Positions 47,848 to 57,508 are shown, counted from the first letter of the stretch. The stretch: DNA of 64,000 nt from a virus (IMGVR_UViG_3300042892_002840:1-64000); one strand, 5' to 3'. Made by a program: numbers and translations. Notes: generated by a model from the sequence alone, not told the origin.

Positions 47848-50469
47848 TTACTTGTTGTGGACAAGCATGCCATTTACAAAGAACCAGTCATATGGTTCAC
47901 AAGAGAACTGATATACATTTACAGTCTCGTTTGCCATAAACTCTATCTTATTAACAATAGTTTCATTAATTGTTCCATCAGAATTAACAGTTATTAAATA
48001 TTCTCCACGCTCAACATAATATGCCTCTTTAATCTTATATTTACCGTCTAGGGTTTTAACAAAAACTGGCTGAGTATATGTCATTCTTGTATCAACATCA
48101 TCGTTAAAATATAATATGTCAGATTCTTGTGTTTCAATAATATCTGTTATTGTTGTTTCAACAAATTCATTAACGGATAAGTTGTCTGAAGACCATGTTG
48201 AGAATTGATAAGAGTCTGGTGTGGACGCATCTATTTCATCAATTACTATAGACTTAATCTTGTCTCCGACCTGTAAGAACTTAGCTGGTACTTGACCATC
48301 CATTGTATCTACAAGTGTGTTTTCTTCTACACAAGGAGGTCCAAACCAAGGGATGAATACAAAGCTTGGGGGTGCGAAGAACCCTGGAGGAGAAAAGAAT
48401 CCTGGAGGAGAAAAGAACCCTGGAGGTGCGAAGAACCCTGGAGGGCTAAAGAACCCTGGAGGTGCAAAGAAACTTGGAGGGCCAAATGCTAAAGCTCCTC
48501 CACAGCATGACCAGCCTGAAGGAACATTGTATACATCAGATCCACCAAGACGTGAATAGCCAAGCTCTGAACATGTGTAAGAAGTTGGATTTGTTATTGT
48601 TCCAGGACAATCTTGTTTTGTTGGTGTAGGAGTTGGTGTAGGAGTTGGTGTAGGAGTTGCTGTAGGATTTGGTGGTGTTGGGGTTGCAGTTGGTGTTGGG
48701 GTAGGTGTCGGAGTTGGTGTAGGAAGCGCTCCTCCACAGCATGACCAGCCGCTTGGTACATTGTAAGCATCAGATCCGCCAAGTCTTGTATATCCTAATT
48801 CTGAACATGTAGAAGACACTGGATTGGTTATAGTTCCAGGGCAGTCTTGTAAAGGTGTTGGGGTGGGCGTTGGAGTTGGAGTAGGTGTTGGAGTTGGGGT
48901 TGCAGTTGGTGTTGGGGTAACTGTTGGATCACAAGCAGCAGCTGCAGCATCCCGTAATGCAGCCGCATAGGTTGTTCTATAAACTGTTTTTACTGTTCCG
49001 TTAACGTTATAAACCGATGTATCTGCAGGAATTCCTGTTGTATTTGTAGTTGGTCCAGAAGCTGAAGGTGCAGACACATATTCTCCGCTAGTACCCTTGC
49101 ATGTAGATGTTCCAGTGTAGTAAACATATGTTGTTGGGGTTGCAGTTGGTGTTGGGGTAGGTGTAATTGTTGGATCACAAGCGGAGTTTCCTGCATCCAC
49201 AAGGGCGGCAGAATAAGTCGTTCTATAAACTGTTTTAATGCTTACTGTTCCATCAAGTACCTGTGTATCTTGTGGAAGAGTGTTGCCTTCTGCAACAAAT
49301 GGGCCAGTAACTGAAGGAGATGCGGAATAAACTCCACTGAATCCATTACATCTAGAGACTCCAGTGTAATAGCTTACTCCAGTTAAAGTAGTGAATTCGA
49401 CAGTATTCGATGTCCAGGATGTCTCATCAAAATTTGGTGTTGTTCCAGATGCTACAACTTTATACCTATATGTTTCTCCAGCTGTTAGGAATGTTATTGG
49501 AATTGTATTAGTTGTTCCTGAGTCATTTCCTGCTGGCAAAGAAGATCCATCTGGGTTTACCCAGTAAAGCTGCCAGCCATTTTGAGTAAAGTTAGATGTA
49601 GACCATGAAAGTGTTGCTGTGGTTTGTCCGATATCTGAAACTGATAAAACTACAGTTGGATCAAATGGTTTCATATCTGGGACAACATATTCTTTATAGG
49701 CGCCTTGAAGAGGCTGTCCTGTTGCTTGAAAATAAGGGTTGTTTGTGTTTTGTGAAGCAATATAAACTAACAATGGACCATCTGCTTTACCTAAAAGACT
49801 TTCAAATGGAGCTATTGATGAAACTAAAGATGTGGTTTCATAAGCAGTTTGATTTTCTACTGAATCAACAATCTTTTCGTTTTGAATTCCTGCTCCTACA
49901 AAATAAATTTTAAATTTATTTGCACTTGGAACCCTTAACCATCTTAAATTAACTTTGCTATTTTCTGGAACAGTAGCATCTATATATATTACATCTTGTG
50001 GCTTTACTAAATAGTCATTGAGTCCAGCTAAAAGGTTATTGCCATTTACGTAAACTGGTTCGCTATCACCAAACTCATTTGTTGCCACAACTTTACACCT
50101 AAGAACATATCCTACCATTTGCTTATCAATATAAGAAGAATTGTTATTTGAACCAAAATCAATCCATGTTGCATTTGTATAATCATTTGAAATCAAGTAT
50201 GCAGCTTTTTGCCAAGTATATCTGTAAGAGGTTGGTGTATTTGTCCATGTGCCGCTTGTAATTGTTACAAACTGATCTGCCATTCGATTATTATTTTGCC
50301 AATTAAAAACTGGAGATTCTGTAAGAACTGGGACAGCAGCCCCAAACTTTTTCCATTCAGTTCCATCGAAAACATAAGATGCCTTTGAATCAACCCATGA
50401 AGAACCGTCATGTATCTTGATTTTCTTTAATGGCTTCCATTCGGATCCATCAAATATATTTAAAGGCAT
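47848..50469 (-). CDS. multidomain Ig/FN3 + PT-rich + Cys-repeat + (FFxPPG)6 + Hint protein
   Basis: GTWTNTPTSYRYTWQ Ig-like motif, FN3, TPTPTP tracts, two duplicated Cys modules, CVEENTLV...GMLVHNK. Confidence 0.85.
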   Translation of the reverse strand: MPLNIFDGSEWKPLKKIKIHDGSSWVDSKASYVFDGTEWKKFGAAVPVLTESPVFNWQNNNRMADQFVTITSGTWTNTPTSYRYTWQKAAYLISNDYTNATWIDFGSNNNSSYIDKQMVGYVLRCKVVATNEFGDSEPVYVNGNNLLAGLNDYLVKPQDVIYIDATVPENSKVNLRWLRVPSANKFKIYFVGAGIQNEKIVDSVENQTAYETTSLVSSIAPFESLLGKADGPLLVYIASQNTNNPYFQATGQPLQGAYKEYVVPDMKPFDPTVVLSVSDIGQTTATLSWSTSNFTQNGWQLYWVNPDGSSLPAGNDSGTTNTIPITFLTAGETYRYKVVASGTTPNFDETSWTSNTVEFTTLTGVSYYTGVSRCNGFSGVYSASPSVTGPFVAEGNTLPQDTQVLDGTVSIKTVYRTTYSAALVDAGNSACDPTITPTPTPTATPTTYVYYTGTSTCKGTSGEYVSAPSASGPTTNTTGIPADTSVYNVNGTVKTVYRTTYAAALRDAAAAACDPTVTPTPTATPTPTPTPTPTPTPTPLQDCPGTITNPVSSTCSELGYTRLGGSDAYNVPSGWSCCGGALPTPTPTPTPTPTATPTPPNPTATPTPTPTPTPTPTKQDCPGTITNPTSYTCSELGYSRLGGSDVYNVPSGWSCCGGALAFGPPSFFAPPGFFSPPGFFAPPGFFSPPGFFSPPGFFAPPSFVFIPWFGPPCVEENTLVDTMDGQVPAKFLQVGDKIKSIVIDEIDASTPDSYQFSTWSSDNLSVNEFVETTITDIIETQESDILYFNDDVDTRMTYTQPVFVKTLDGKYKIKEAYYVERGEYLITVNSDGTINETIVNKIEFMANETVNVYQFSCEPYDWFFVNGMLVHNK
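48250..48357. repeat. 108-bp exact repeat, copy 2
   Basis: Identical to 41337..41444. Confidence 0.95.
48364..48471 (-). repeat. coding tandem repeat, 6 x 18 bp, FF[S/A]PP[G/S]
   Basis: Counted from DNA and protein; preceded by degenerate AFGPPS. Confidence 0.95.
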
Positions 50470-50482
50470 TTAATGTCTCCTA

Positions 50483-52210
50483 TTAGTACTGTATGTAAAT
50501 ATCTCCAGCTACTGGTGTAGCTATTGATGTGTATCCTGTAGCAGATGTGCCATATGCAATCTTATTTGCAATAGATCCATCTGAAGAATTATGGTATCCA
50601 TATTCTTTTGCGTTATCAATTGTTGCATATGTTGTTGATGCCAATAAGGATGTCAGATATAGACTAAAATCAACATCTTCCCAAGAAGAATTTGTTCCGT
50701 CTGTTTTTAGATACTTACCCGCATAACCTAGTTGGTTAGGAAGTGTGGATGGCAGCCCAGATAACGATACGTTAGTAAAATCTATTGATCCAGTAAATAC
50801 TGGGTTATTAGAATTTGCTTTGTCGTCTAAAGCTGTTTGTGTAAGTGTAGATATTGGCTTATCTAGATCTGATGTATTGTCTACATTTGCAAGCTCTACC
50901 ATTGATTTTGTTATCCCAGAAACAGTTCCTGTAAATGAAGGTGATTCAATCGGTGCTTTTAATGTCAAAATTTCTGTAAGTCCTGCTGTGCTTTCTGCTG
51001 ACTGTAATAAGGATGCAATTTCTCCGAGAGTATTTAGTGTTCCTGGAGCAGAATCAACTAATGTATCTATAGCTGCAGTAATTGCAGAGTTTCTGTTTGT
51101 AACCTCTGTAGATATTGCTGATGAAATTTCTGTTGTTACTGCAGATGCTCTTGCAATTGAAGAAGGAATTCTATCTACATTTATTTTAGAAGATGCGTCC
51201 AGGCCTGGGAATCCAAAAGCTGCGTCTCTCTGACCCTCATCAACATACCCATCAAGTGAGTTCTGTAATCCGCTTTGAAGAACATACTTGCTATCTGCAT
51301 CAGATGTGTTAGTATAGTTATTAAATAAGTAAGTTGACAAAGAGTCAATATTGCTATTAACGCTAATTACTGTATCTGTAATTGTTGTATTAAGAGCTTC
51401 TACTGCTCTTGAATTTGTAAAATAAAGATTTTCTGATCCTTCAGCAAGGTCATCAGTTGTTTTGGTTGCAAGACTTATGTCATTTAGCTGTGACTGAACT
51501 GCTGATACTGCTCTAGCATTTGTAAAATACAAATTTGTGCCTTCGGCAACATCTGAAGTTGTTACTGCAGCAATTGCAATGTTTCTATTTGTAATTTCTG
51601 AATTTATAGCATCAGATATAGCTATACTTCTATTTGAAGATTCTTGATCTATAGCGGAATCTGTATATGAATTTGCTGCCGCTGTAGCAGTAGATATAGC
51701 TGTAACATCTTTTAGTTCTGCAGCATTAATTGCATTTAATTGCGCTGCTGCAGCTTTATTTGTAGCATCTGTTGTAGAAATTACAACCGCTTGGCTTTTT
51801 GCAGATTCGATAGCAGCATTGATTTCAACAACTTCCGATGCAATTTCTGAAGCAACTGCTTCAATTGCTCTTTCGTCTGTAAAGTATAGATTTGATCCTT
51901 CAACTAATGTGGTTGTTGAAAGAGCTGCAAAGGCTGCATTAATATCTGCTGTAATAGAAACGGCATCTGGAAGCTGTGAGGATACTAGTTTGCCAGATGA
52001 GTTGAGTGTTGCAACTCCATTTGCCTCGCCAGGCTTAAATGCATAAGATGTAATCTGGTTCCATCTGAGACCATTTCCAATTTTAAACTTAAGTGTATCT
52101 GTCTCAATTCCAATTTCACCACTAAGCAATGTAGGGTTAATTGATTGCCATTGAGCGGCTGTATCTCTTCTAAGTTGAATTCTTACTGTCATTTTATGCT
52201 CCTCCAGCAT
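50483..52210 (-). CDS. second fibre protein with Mtd_N-like N-terminus
   Basis: RIQLRRD..W..INPTLLSGEIGIETD; three EGxNLYFT repeats; NVDNTSD. Confidence 0.8.
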   Translation of the reverse strand: MLEEHKMTVRIQLRRDTAAQWQSINPTLLSGEIGIETDTLKFKIGNGLRWNQITSYAFKPGEANGVATLNSSGKLVSSQLPDAVSITADINAAFAALSTTTLVEGSNLYFTDERAIEAVASEIASEVVEINAAIESAKSQAVVISTTDATNKAAAAQLNAINAAELKDVTAISTATAAANSYTDSAIDQESSNRSIAISDAINSEITNRNIAIAAVTTSDVAEGTNLYFTNARAVSAVQSQLNDISLATKTTDDLAEGSENLYFTNSRAVEALNTTITDTVISVNSNIDSLSTYLFNNYTNTSDADSKYVLQSGLQNSLDGYVDEGQRDAAFGFPGLDASSKINVDRIPSSIARASAVTTEISSAISTEVTNRNSAITAAIDTLVDSAPGTLNTLGEIASLLQSAESTAGLTEILTLKAPIESPSFTGTVSGITKSMVELANVDNTSDLDKPISTLTQTALDDKANSNNPVFTGSIDFTNVSLSGLPSTLPNQLGYAGKYLKTDGTNSSWEDVDFSLYLTSLLASTTYATIDNAKEYGYHNSSDGSIANKIAYGTSATGYTSIATPVAGDIYIQY

Positions 52211-52655
52211 CTACTATGTTCTCATAGACTGATGATGCGTTTCCAATATCATTAATTGTATCATTATTATCTGGCCAATACAGAGAATCTGGTTGACCAG
52301 CATCAAATAAGGTTAAGCTTTCCCATGTAGGGTCTTGTACTGTACTAGATGGGTCTCCGCCATCTACTCCAACCACTTGTGGCAATGTTATTGCGGGAGA
52401 TGCAACTTCATTGTAATCCGTAAATCTGATTGGGTTCTGAATATCAATGCTGTGTACTTCACCGTCAAATGTGTGTGTGTGTCTATAAAATGGAGTTGGG
52501 TCATTACTTGGTGGTGTTAGCTCAACCCAAACCTCGCCATTATATATGCGTAAGTTTTTGCTTAAAACATTAAAATAGACGTCACCAGACTTAGCGTTAT
52601 CTGGATCTGAAGCCACTGTAAGTAGATTAAGGGCAACTTTCATTTGACGTGACAT
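52194..52655 (-). CDS. virion/fibre-associated protein
   Basis: GDVYFN...IYNG..W motif. Confidence 0.6.
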   Translation of the reverse strand: MSRQMKVALNLLTVASDPDNAKSGDVYFNVLSKNLRIYNGEVWVELTPPSNDPTPFYRHTHTFDGEVHSIDIQNPIRFTDYNEVASPAITLPQVVGVDGGDPSSTVQDPTWESLTLFDAGQPDSLYWPDNNDTINDIGNASSVYENIVDAGGA

Positions 52656-52657
52656 TT

Positions 52658-53626
52658 TTAGCCTACTACTACTACTTTAAATTCTCCAGCTGATGGTGCG
52701 ACTGCAAAATCAACCTTAATATTATTAGCATCATGTAGCTTAATGTCGGCTTCAACTAGTGCGCCTGTTGCGACATCAAAAACTTGAGCAGTGACATCTA
52801 ATGATCCTAGCTTATGGTTTACTGTGTATGATGTAGCTGATGTGCCAAGCGTCGTTACTGATTTTCTAACAATTGCATGATAATCTGTTCCATTATTTGT
52901 TAATGTCCAGTTATTTGATGTTTCGTTCCATAGAAGCTCTACATCTGCTTCATCTCCACGCTCAACACGAATTCCAGCATCTGTAGTAGGTGTTCCTGTG
53001 AAGTTGGTATTAAGGTTTACCTTATTATCTTCAATGTTAATCTGTGTAGTATTTACAGAGTTAACTGTTCCAATAACATTTAGGTTTCCGCCTACCTGTA
53101 AGTTACCAACAATTTCAACATCATCTGGTAAACCAACTGTGACAGCTGCATTTGAGCCAGAGTTCGGAGATACATCAATTTGGCCTTCTGTACCAACAAT
53201 AGTTGCTACATAGTCTCCAGTTGTCTGTGTTGCCAAATCAATGCTAATATTTGCATCGCTAGCATTTGTGAGTCTACCTTGAGCATCGACTGTAAATGTT
53301 ACTGTCTTTGATGTAGAGCCATATGTTCCTGCAGATACATCTGTGTCTGCTAAATCTATTGTTGTTGTGCCTGTAGAGTCAGAATATGTAGAAACAATTC
53401 CTGTTCCACCTGCTACATATGTACCGATAGCATCTTGAATTACCTCAAGAGAACCAGATGTAGATATCCACTCTGTACCGTTCCAGAAGTACATAACGTT
53501 GTCTTGTGAGTTATAGTAAATCTGACCAGATACTGGATTTGAAGGGGCTGACCCTAAGTTTTGAATTCTAGCATTGAGTAATTCATTTTTATTAAGATCA
53601 ATGCTTACTAAATATTTTTTTGCCAT
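52658..53626 (-). CDS. fibre-like structural protein
   Basis: [42 protein letters not shown]. Confidence 0.7.
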   Translation of the reverse strand: MAKKYLVSIDLNKNELLNARIQNLGSAPSNPVSGQIYYNSQDNVMYFWNGTEWISTSGSLEVIQDAIGTYVAGGTGIVSTYSDSTGTTTIDLADTDVSAGTYGSTSKTVTFTVDAQGRLTNASDANISIDLATQTTGDYVATIVGTEGQIDVSPNSGSNAAVTVGLPDDVEIVGNLQVGGNLNVIGTVNSVNTTQINIEDNKVNLNTNFTGTPTTDAGIRVERGDEADVELLWNETSNNWTLTNNGTDYHAIVRKSVTTLGTSATSYTVNHKLGSLDVTAQVFDVATGALVEADIKLHDANNIKVDFAVAPSAGEFKVVVVG

Positions 53627-53640
53627 TTCTTATCTCCCTT

Positions 53641-54087
53641 TTAAGACAGGTATGCTGTCCCTGAAAATGGTTGTGCCATTGTCAATGTTAATTTATTGTT
53701 ATTGTTATAGTCTATACCTGTTTCAAGTATATCCCCTGCGCTTGATTTAATTGTAACGTTTGGATTAAACCCAAGGTTATGATTTACAACCACTGAATAT
53801 ATTCCATCTACTGGTCCAACTATTTGTGCCATTTCCCAGGAATAAGAAAAGTTTTCTGGAGTAGATGCAAGCAATATTACATTTGCTCCCGCCCAACTTG
53901 AGTCTTCTGGTTTTGGTCCGTAGAAATCTGATGTGGTACTGTTAAAATAAAAATCTCCAGCGAGACCTAGGTTATTTGATGGGGGCACAGTCCCGCTAAG
54001 GATTGTTCGACCTCTTGGACCTTGTGGACCTGGAGAAGATATTATTACCTTGTTTTTAGTTTCTGATACTTTTACTGACTCGGCCAT
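53641..54087 (-). CDS. virion protein with short collagen stretch
   Basis: GPQGPRG; GDFYFN...YGPK module also present twice in 31592..32743. Confidence 0.65.
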   Translation of the reverse strand: MAESVKVSETKNKVIISSPGPQGPRGRTILSGTVPPSNNLGLAGDFYFNSTTSDFYGPKPEDSSWAGANVILLASTPENFSYSWEMAQIVGPVDGIYSVVVNHNLGFNPNVTIKSSAGDILETGIDYNNNNKLTLTMAQPFSGTAYLS

Positions 54088-54437
54088 TATATAGTCACCG
54101 ATCTATTAAGAGTCATAAAACCCTCAAGGAGTTTTATTTTGTTCCCATTAGAATCGATAACCATAACATCGTATGATGACTTAGGATAAAAAAGCTTGTT
54201 TGTTTGTGTAGGTGTCATCTTTATATTTAAAACACCTTCTGGACCGTCAATTGTTATACCACCAGACGGGGATGTAAGTGTTACAGCTAGCTTATTGCCA
54301 CCTTTTGTATCACGAACTTGCATCTTTGCAGATGCACCAGTTAGATCAATGGGCGTAGTTTCATCTTCTTCGGTATAAGTAACCTGAAAGCTGAAAGTAG
54401 CATTTTGATCTACTTCAAAGTTTTTTTGTCCTGCCAT
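54087..54437 (-). CDS. small virion structural protein (BppU/LtfC-like Ig fold)
   Basis: IDLTGASAKMQVR...YDV...KLLEG pattern. Confidence 0.65.
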   Translation of the reverse strand: MAGQKNFEVDQNATFSFQVTYTEEDETTPIDLTGASAKMQVRDTKGGNKLAVTLTSPSGGITIDGPEGVLNIKMTPTQTNKLFYPKSSYDVMVIDSNGNKIKLLEGFMTLNRSVTI

Positions 54438-54457
54438 TTGCCATAGTCTCCTAAATA

Positions 54458-54496
54458 GGAATACTCCTGTACTAATTTTAGCACAGGAGTATTTCT
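54458..54496 (-). terminator. long hairpin, probable terminator overlapping a TGCTAAAAT -10 element
   Basis: ATACTCCTGT/ACAGGAGTAT inverted repeat. Confidence 0.55.
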
Positions 54497-54508
54497 AATC
54501 GACTATAT

Positions 54509-54748
54509 TTAAGCCTTGTTTGTAAAACCGAAGTTTTTGTCGTTCGGATTAAGGGCCTTCAAAATTACTGGCGCTACAGCTGCAATGCCACCCATAATCA
54601 GGTCATTTGGATCTGTATTCCCAGTCATGTAAAGAGCAATTGCTGCTGACAAGAATGCTCGCCCGTAAGTTCCTAATGCTGATAGAATCTGTTCCTGCAT
54701 TGTTACTTTCCCATCTTTGTTTAAATCCGCTTTATCGAATTTAGCCAT
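54509..54748 (-). CDS. small membrane protein, holin-like, with N-terminal EF-hand-like loop
   Basis: Two hydrophobic segments, LNPND..FG tail, DLNKDGKVTMQE. Confidence 0.55.
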   Translation of the reverse strand: MAKFDKADLNKDGKVTMQEQILSALGTYGRAFLSAAIALYMTGNTDPNDLIMGGIAAVAPVILKALNPNDKNFGFTNKA

Positions 54749-54814
54749 TTTATCGTCTCCTCGTGGGCGGGTTGCCCATGAATTTTGGTATTACCCAATA
54801 CTATAATTCTACCA

Positions 54815-56749
54815 CTATGCTGAGATATCCACAAGCTCACAATTTCCATCTGAGCTACAAGCAAGTGTAGCTGAAGGAGATGTTCCATCTTCTGTTTCAT
54901 AAAAAGATAGATCTTCCCATCTAATGTTAGTTGGCATCTTTGCAACAAGAGCATCATATTCTTCTTTGCTTACCTCTTGGTATGGAGCCTGCTTATATGT
55001 ATGATCTGAATGCGGAAGGAATGATATTCCAGAAACCTCGTCAAAGTTTTTATAAACCCAAGCTCCAACCTCCATCCATTCATCTTCTTTTACAGAAACT
55101 GTAATTGATGGTTTGTGCTCACACCAAGCACGTTGGTATACAAGCCAAATATTAAGGTGATCAATTGCCGTCAAATCGTTTCTTACAATTGCTCCTTCTG
55201 GTGCCTTAACTGGAAATGAAAAAACATATGTGTCGTTTGGTTTCATAACATCATCTTCTACTGGAATTCCAACTTCCTTTAAAAATGTAGAGATTGGATC
55301 TCCCTTTGAGCCACGAACTGTGCGAATGTAATATGGTGAATGCCATGGGTGCATTCCTGAAGACACTCCTACTAGCTGAGATACTGTTCCAGAAGGCTTT
55401 ACACATGTGATAGCAGCTGATTCGGGGATTCCAATTTTCCCAGATTCTTCTTGATTAATTTCTCTTGCACGATCACGCATTGACATCAAGAATGCCTCTA
55501 ATGCAATAATATCTTGCTTGCCAGACATGAACTTGTGTCCAAACTGTCCAGTTAAAGAAACACCTAGCAACCTTTCTTCTTCTGTATTGTCTTTCCAAAT
55601 TTTGCGAAGGTATTTAAAATCAGTTAGCGTTGACTGCCATGTTCCAAGAATTGTTGCAAGTTCAACTTTACGCTTAATATCTTCTTTTGTATCATTTTCA
55701 CGTAATACGACTTCTGAAAGATTACAAAACTGGTAAGGACGTAAAATAATTTCTGAGCATGGGTTAGTCCCGTAGTGTATATCTGGATCTCTTCTTCCAA
55801 ACTTGGCTGCTTGGGCTTGAGCTGCGGCCACATTGTATATACCTCGTTCTCCTGACTTGGAGTCATATAAAGATTTCCATTCTGCAATAAACTGCTCCAT
55901 CTCTGGTTTGCGTGAGTATGCAACAGAGTTATTTGATAAAGCTCTTTGTGGACTATTTTCCCACCAGTTTCCTGCCTTTGCTTGCGCCATCTCAATATCA
56001 TTAATGTTAGACAAAGAAATCATTGCTGAGCGTCGAACTCCTCCAACTACAACAACTTCGCCAATCTTGCACATGATGTCATGGCACTCAATTGGCTTTA
56101 GGTTTCTTCCTGCTGCATTCTTAAACTTTGCAATAGTAAAATCAAAAAGATTAATAAGTGGTTGTGGTCCAGATGATCTTCCGCCCATTGTCTTTAGACG
56201 TGCACCTGCTGGTCTTACCTTAGAAACATCAATTGCTGGAATATGACCAGTCCATAGGAGGGCAAGTAGCTCACGGTATGCCTTTGCCCAACCTTGCTTT
56301 GAATCCTCTACAACAATTACTGTATCTGACTTTTCAAGTTTTTCTGGGACGGCAGGAAGCTTATTAATATACTTATACTCAACAGAGAATCCAACTCCAG
56401 TTCCACACATCAACACATACATTGTTTCATCAAATGAGCGAGGAGAATCAACTGGTAAAAATGCACAATTGTACCCAGCTACATTATCTCTATCCAATGC
56501 TGCTCCAGATGTCATAACTGATCTCATGGATGGCATAACATTTCGTTCAAAAACAAACTCTTTTAATTCCGCAACTAGCTTTTCATTTGGAATGTAATTA
56601 TGATTTAACTTTAAATGATTAGTCATAAAGTCAAAATATCTATCTACTGTTTCTCCCCATGTTTCTCTACGTCCTTCTGATTCTACCCATTTTGCATATC
56701 TGGATAAAGCAATAAAGTTCTCATATGGATTTTCAATAGTTTGTGACAT
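54815..56749 (-). CDS. nrdJ: class II (adenosylcobalamin) ribonucleotide reductase
   Basis: GYNCAF, GTGVG, VRRSAM, TNPCSEI, TCVKPSGT, C-terminal CxxxxxC; no NrdB/NrdG partner. Confidence 0.92.
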   Translation of the reverse strand: MSQTIENPYENFIALSRYAKWVESEGRRETWGETVDRYFDFMTNHLKLNHNYIPNEKLVAELKEFVFERNVMPSMRSVMTSGAALDRDNVAGYNCAFLPVDSPRSFDETMYVLMCGTGVGFSVEYKYINKLPAVPEKLEKSDTVIVVEDSKQGWAKAYRELLALLWTGHIPAIDVSKVRPAGARLKTMGGRSSGPQPLINLFDFTIAKFKNAAGRNLKPIECHDIMCKIGEVVVVGGVRRSAMISLSNINDIEMAQAKAGNWWENSPQRALSNNSVAYSRKPEMEQFIAEWKSLYDSKSGERGIYNVAAAQAQAAKFGRRDPDIHYGTNPCSEIILRPYQFCNLSEVVLRENDTKEDIKRKVELATILGTWQSTLTDFKYLRKIWKDNTEEERLLGVSLTGQFGHKFMSGKQDIIALEAFLMSMRDRAREINQEESGKIGIPESAAITCVKPSGTVSQLVGVSSGMHPWHSPYYIRTVRGSKGDPISTFLKEVGIPVEDDVMKPNDTYVFSFPVKAPEGAIVRNDLTAIDHLNIWLVYQRAWCEHKPSITVSVKEDEWMEVGAWVYKNFDEVSGISFLPHSDHTYKQAPYQEVSKEEYDALVAKMPTNIRWEDLSFYETEDGTSPSATLACSSDGNCELVDISA

Positions 56750-56889
56750 TTATTATACGACCTGTTCTCCGCCTTGCGGTGTAATTTTTTAGATGAAGTC
56801 CTAGTGTATCAAACTTTTATTTAATGGTCTAGCGTTAAAAAAACATTTTTAATATATCACATTGTGAGATTTACTTTTGGTTGACTGGC

Positions 56890-56919
56890 TTGACACGGGT
56901 TTGCATTTAATGCTATTCT
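56890..56919 (+). promoter_or_regulatory. sigma70-type promoter
   Basis: TTGACA-N18-TATTCT with TG extension; AGGAGG RBS before 56947. Confidence 0.6.
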
Positions 56920-56946
56920 TATAGTTCGTTATCTCTATAGGAGGAA

Positions 56947-57498
56947 ATGCCAATGGAGAATATAAAACAGCAGTTTAGCGATTTAGTTCGTGACTGGACG
57001 ATAATAGCAATGGCAACATTGTTTTTATTTTCTGGACCACAAGCAAGTGCTTTGACTGTAGTAGAACCTTTAGTGAAAACTGAAGCCCAATTAAAGCAAG
57101 AAGTCTTAGATAGTTTTAGTAAAGAGATTTACAAGCCATCTGAGATGCTTACAGACGAAGAGTTAGTTTTACTACTTGAATCTGTAGGATTCGAAGGGCT
57201 AGGCCTTAAAAAAGCTTGGTCAATAGCAAAGCGTGAATCTAATGGAAGACCGCTTGCATATAACGGGAATAGGAATACAGGAGATAGTTCTTACGGACTG
57301 TTTCAGATAAACATGATTGGAAATCTTGGTCCCACAAGACTTAAGAAATTTGATCTACAGAGTAACAAGGAGTTATTCGACCCAGTAACAAACGCAGAGA
57401 TAACGTACTATATGACCGAAGGCGGAAGTGATTGGTCGGCTTGGAAGGGTATGACCCCAAGAGCACAGGAATTTTATTTAAAATTTCCGACAAAGTAA
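56947..57498 (+). CDS. secreted lytic transglycosylase (lysozyme-like)
   Basis: Hydrophobic N-terminus with ASA site; RES catalytic Glu, GLFQIN, DPVTNA, WSAW. Confidence 0.85.
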   Translation: MPMENIKQQFSDLVRDWTIIAMATLFLFSGPQASALTVVEPLVKTEAQLKQEVLDSFSKEIYKPSEMLTDEELVLLLESVGFEGLGLKKAWSIAKRESNGRPLAYNGNRNTGDSSYGLFQINMIGNLGPTRLKKFDLQSNKELFDPVTNAEITYYMTEGGSDWSAWKGMTPRAQEFYLKFPTK

Positions 57499-57508
57499 AG
57501 GAGATGGG

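Noticed and set aside
41337-48357. Diversity-generating retroelement (Mtd_N-like genes plus a repeat pair)
   Set aside because: Copies are identical with no adenine-specific mismatches, both are coding, and there is no reverse transcriptase in the window.
56750-56946. Cobalamin or other riboswitch upstream of nrdJ
   Set aside because: Short AT-rich gap occupied by divergent promoters; no B12-box recognisable.
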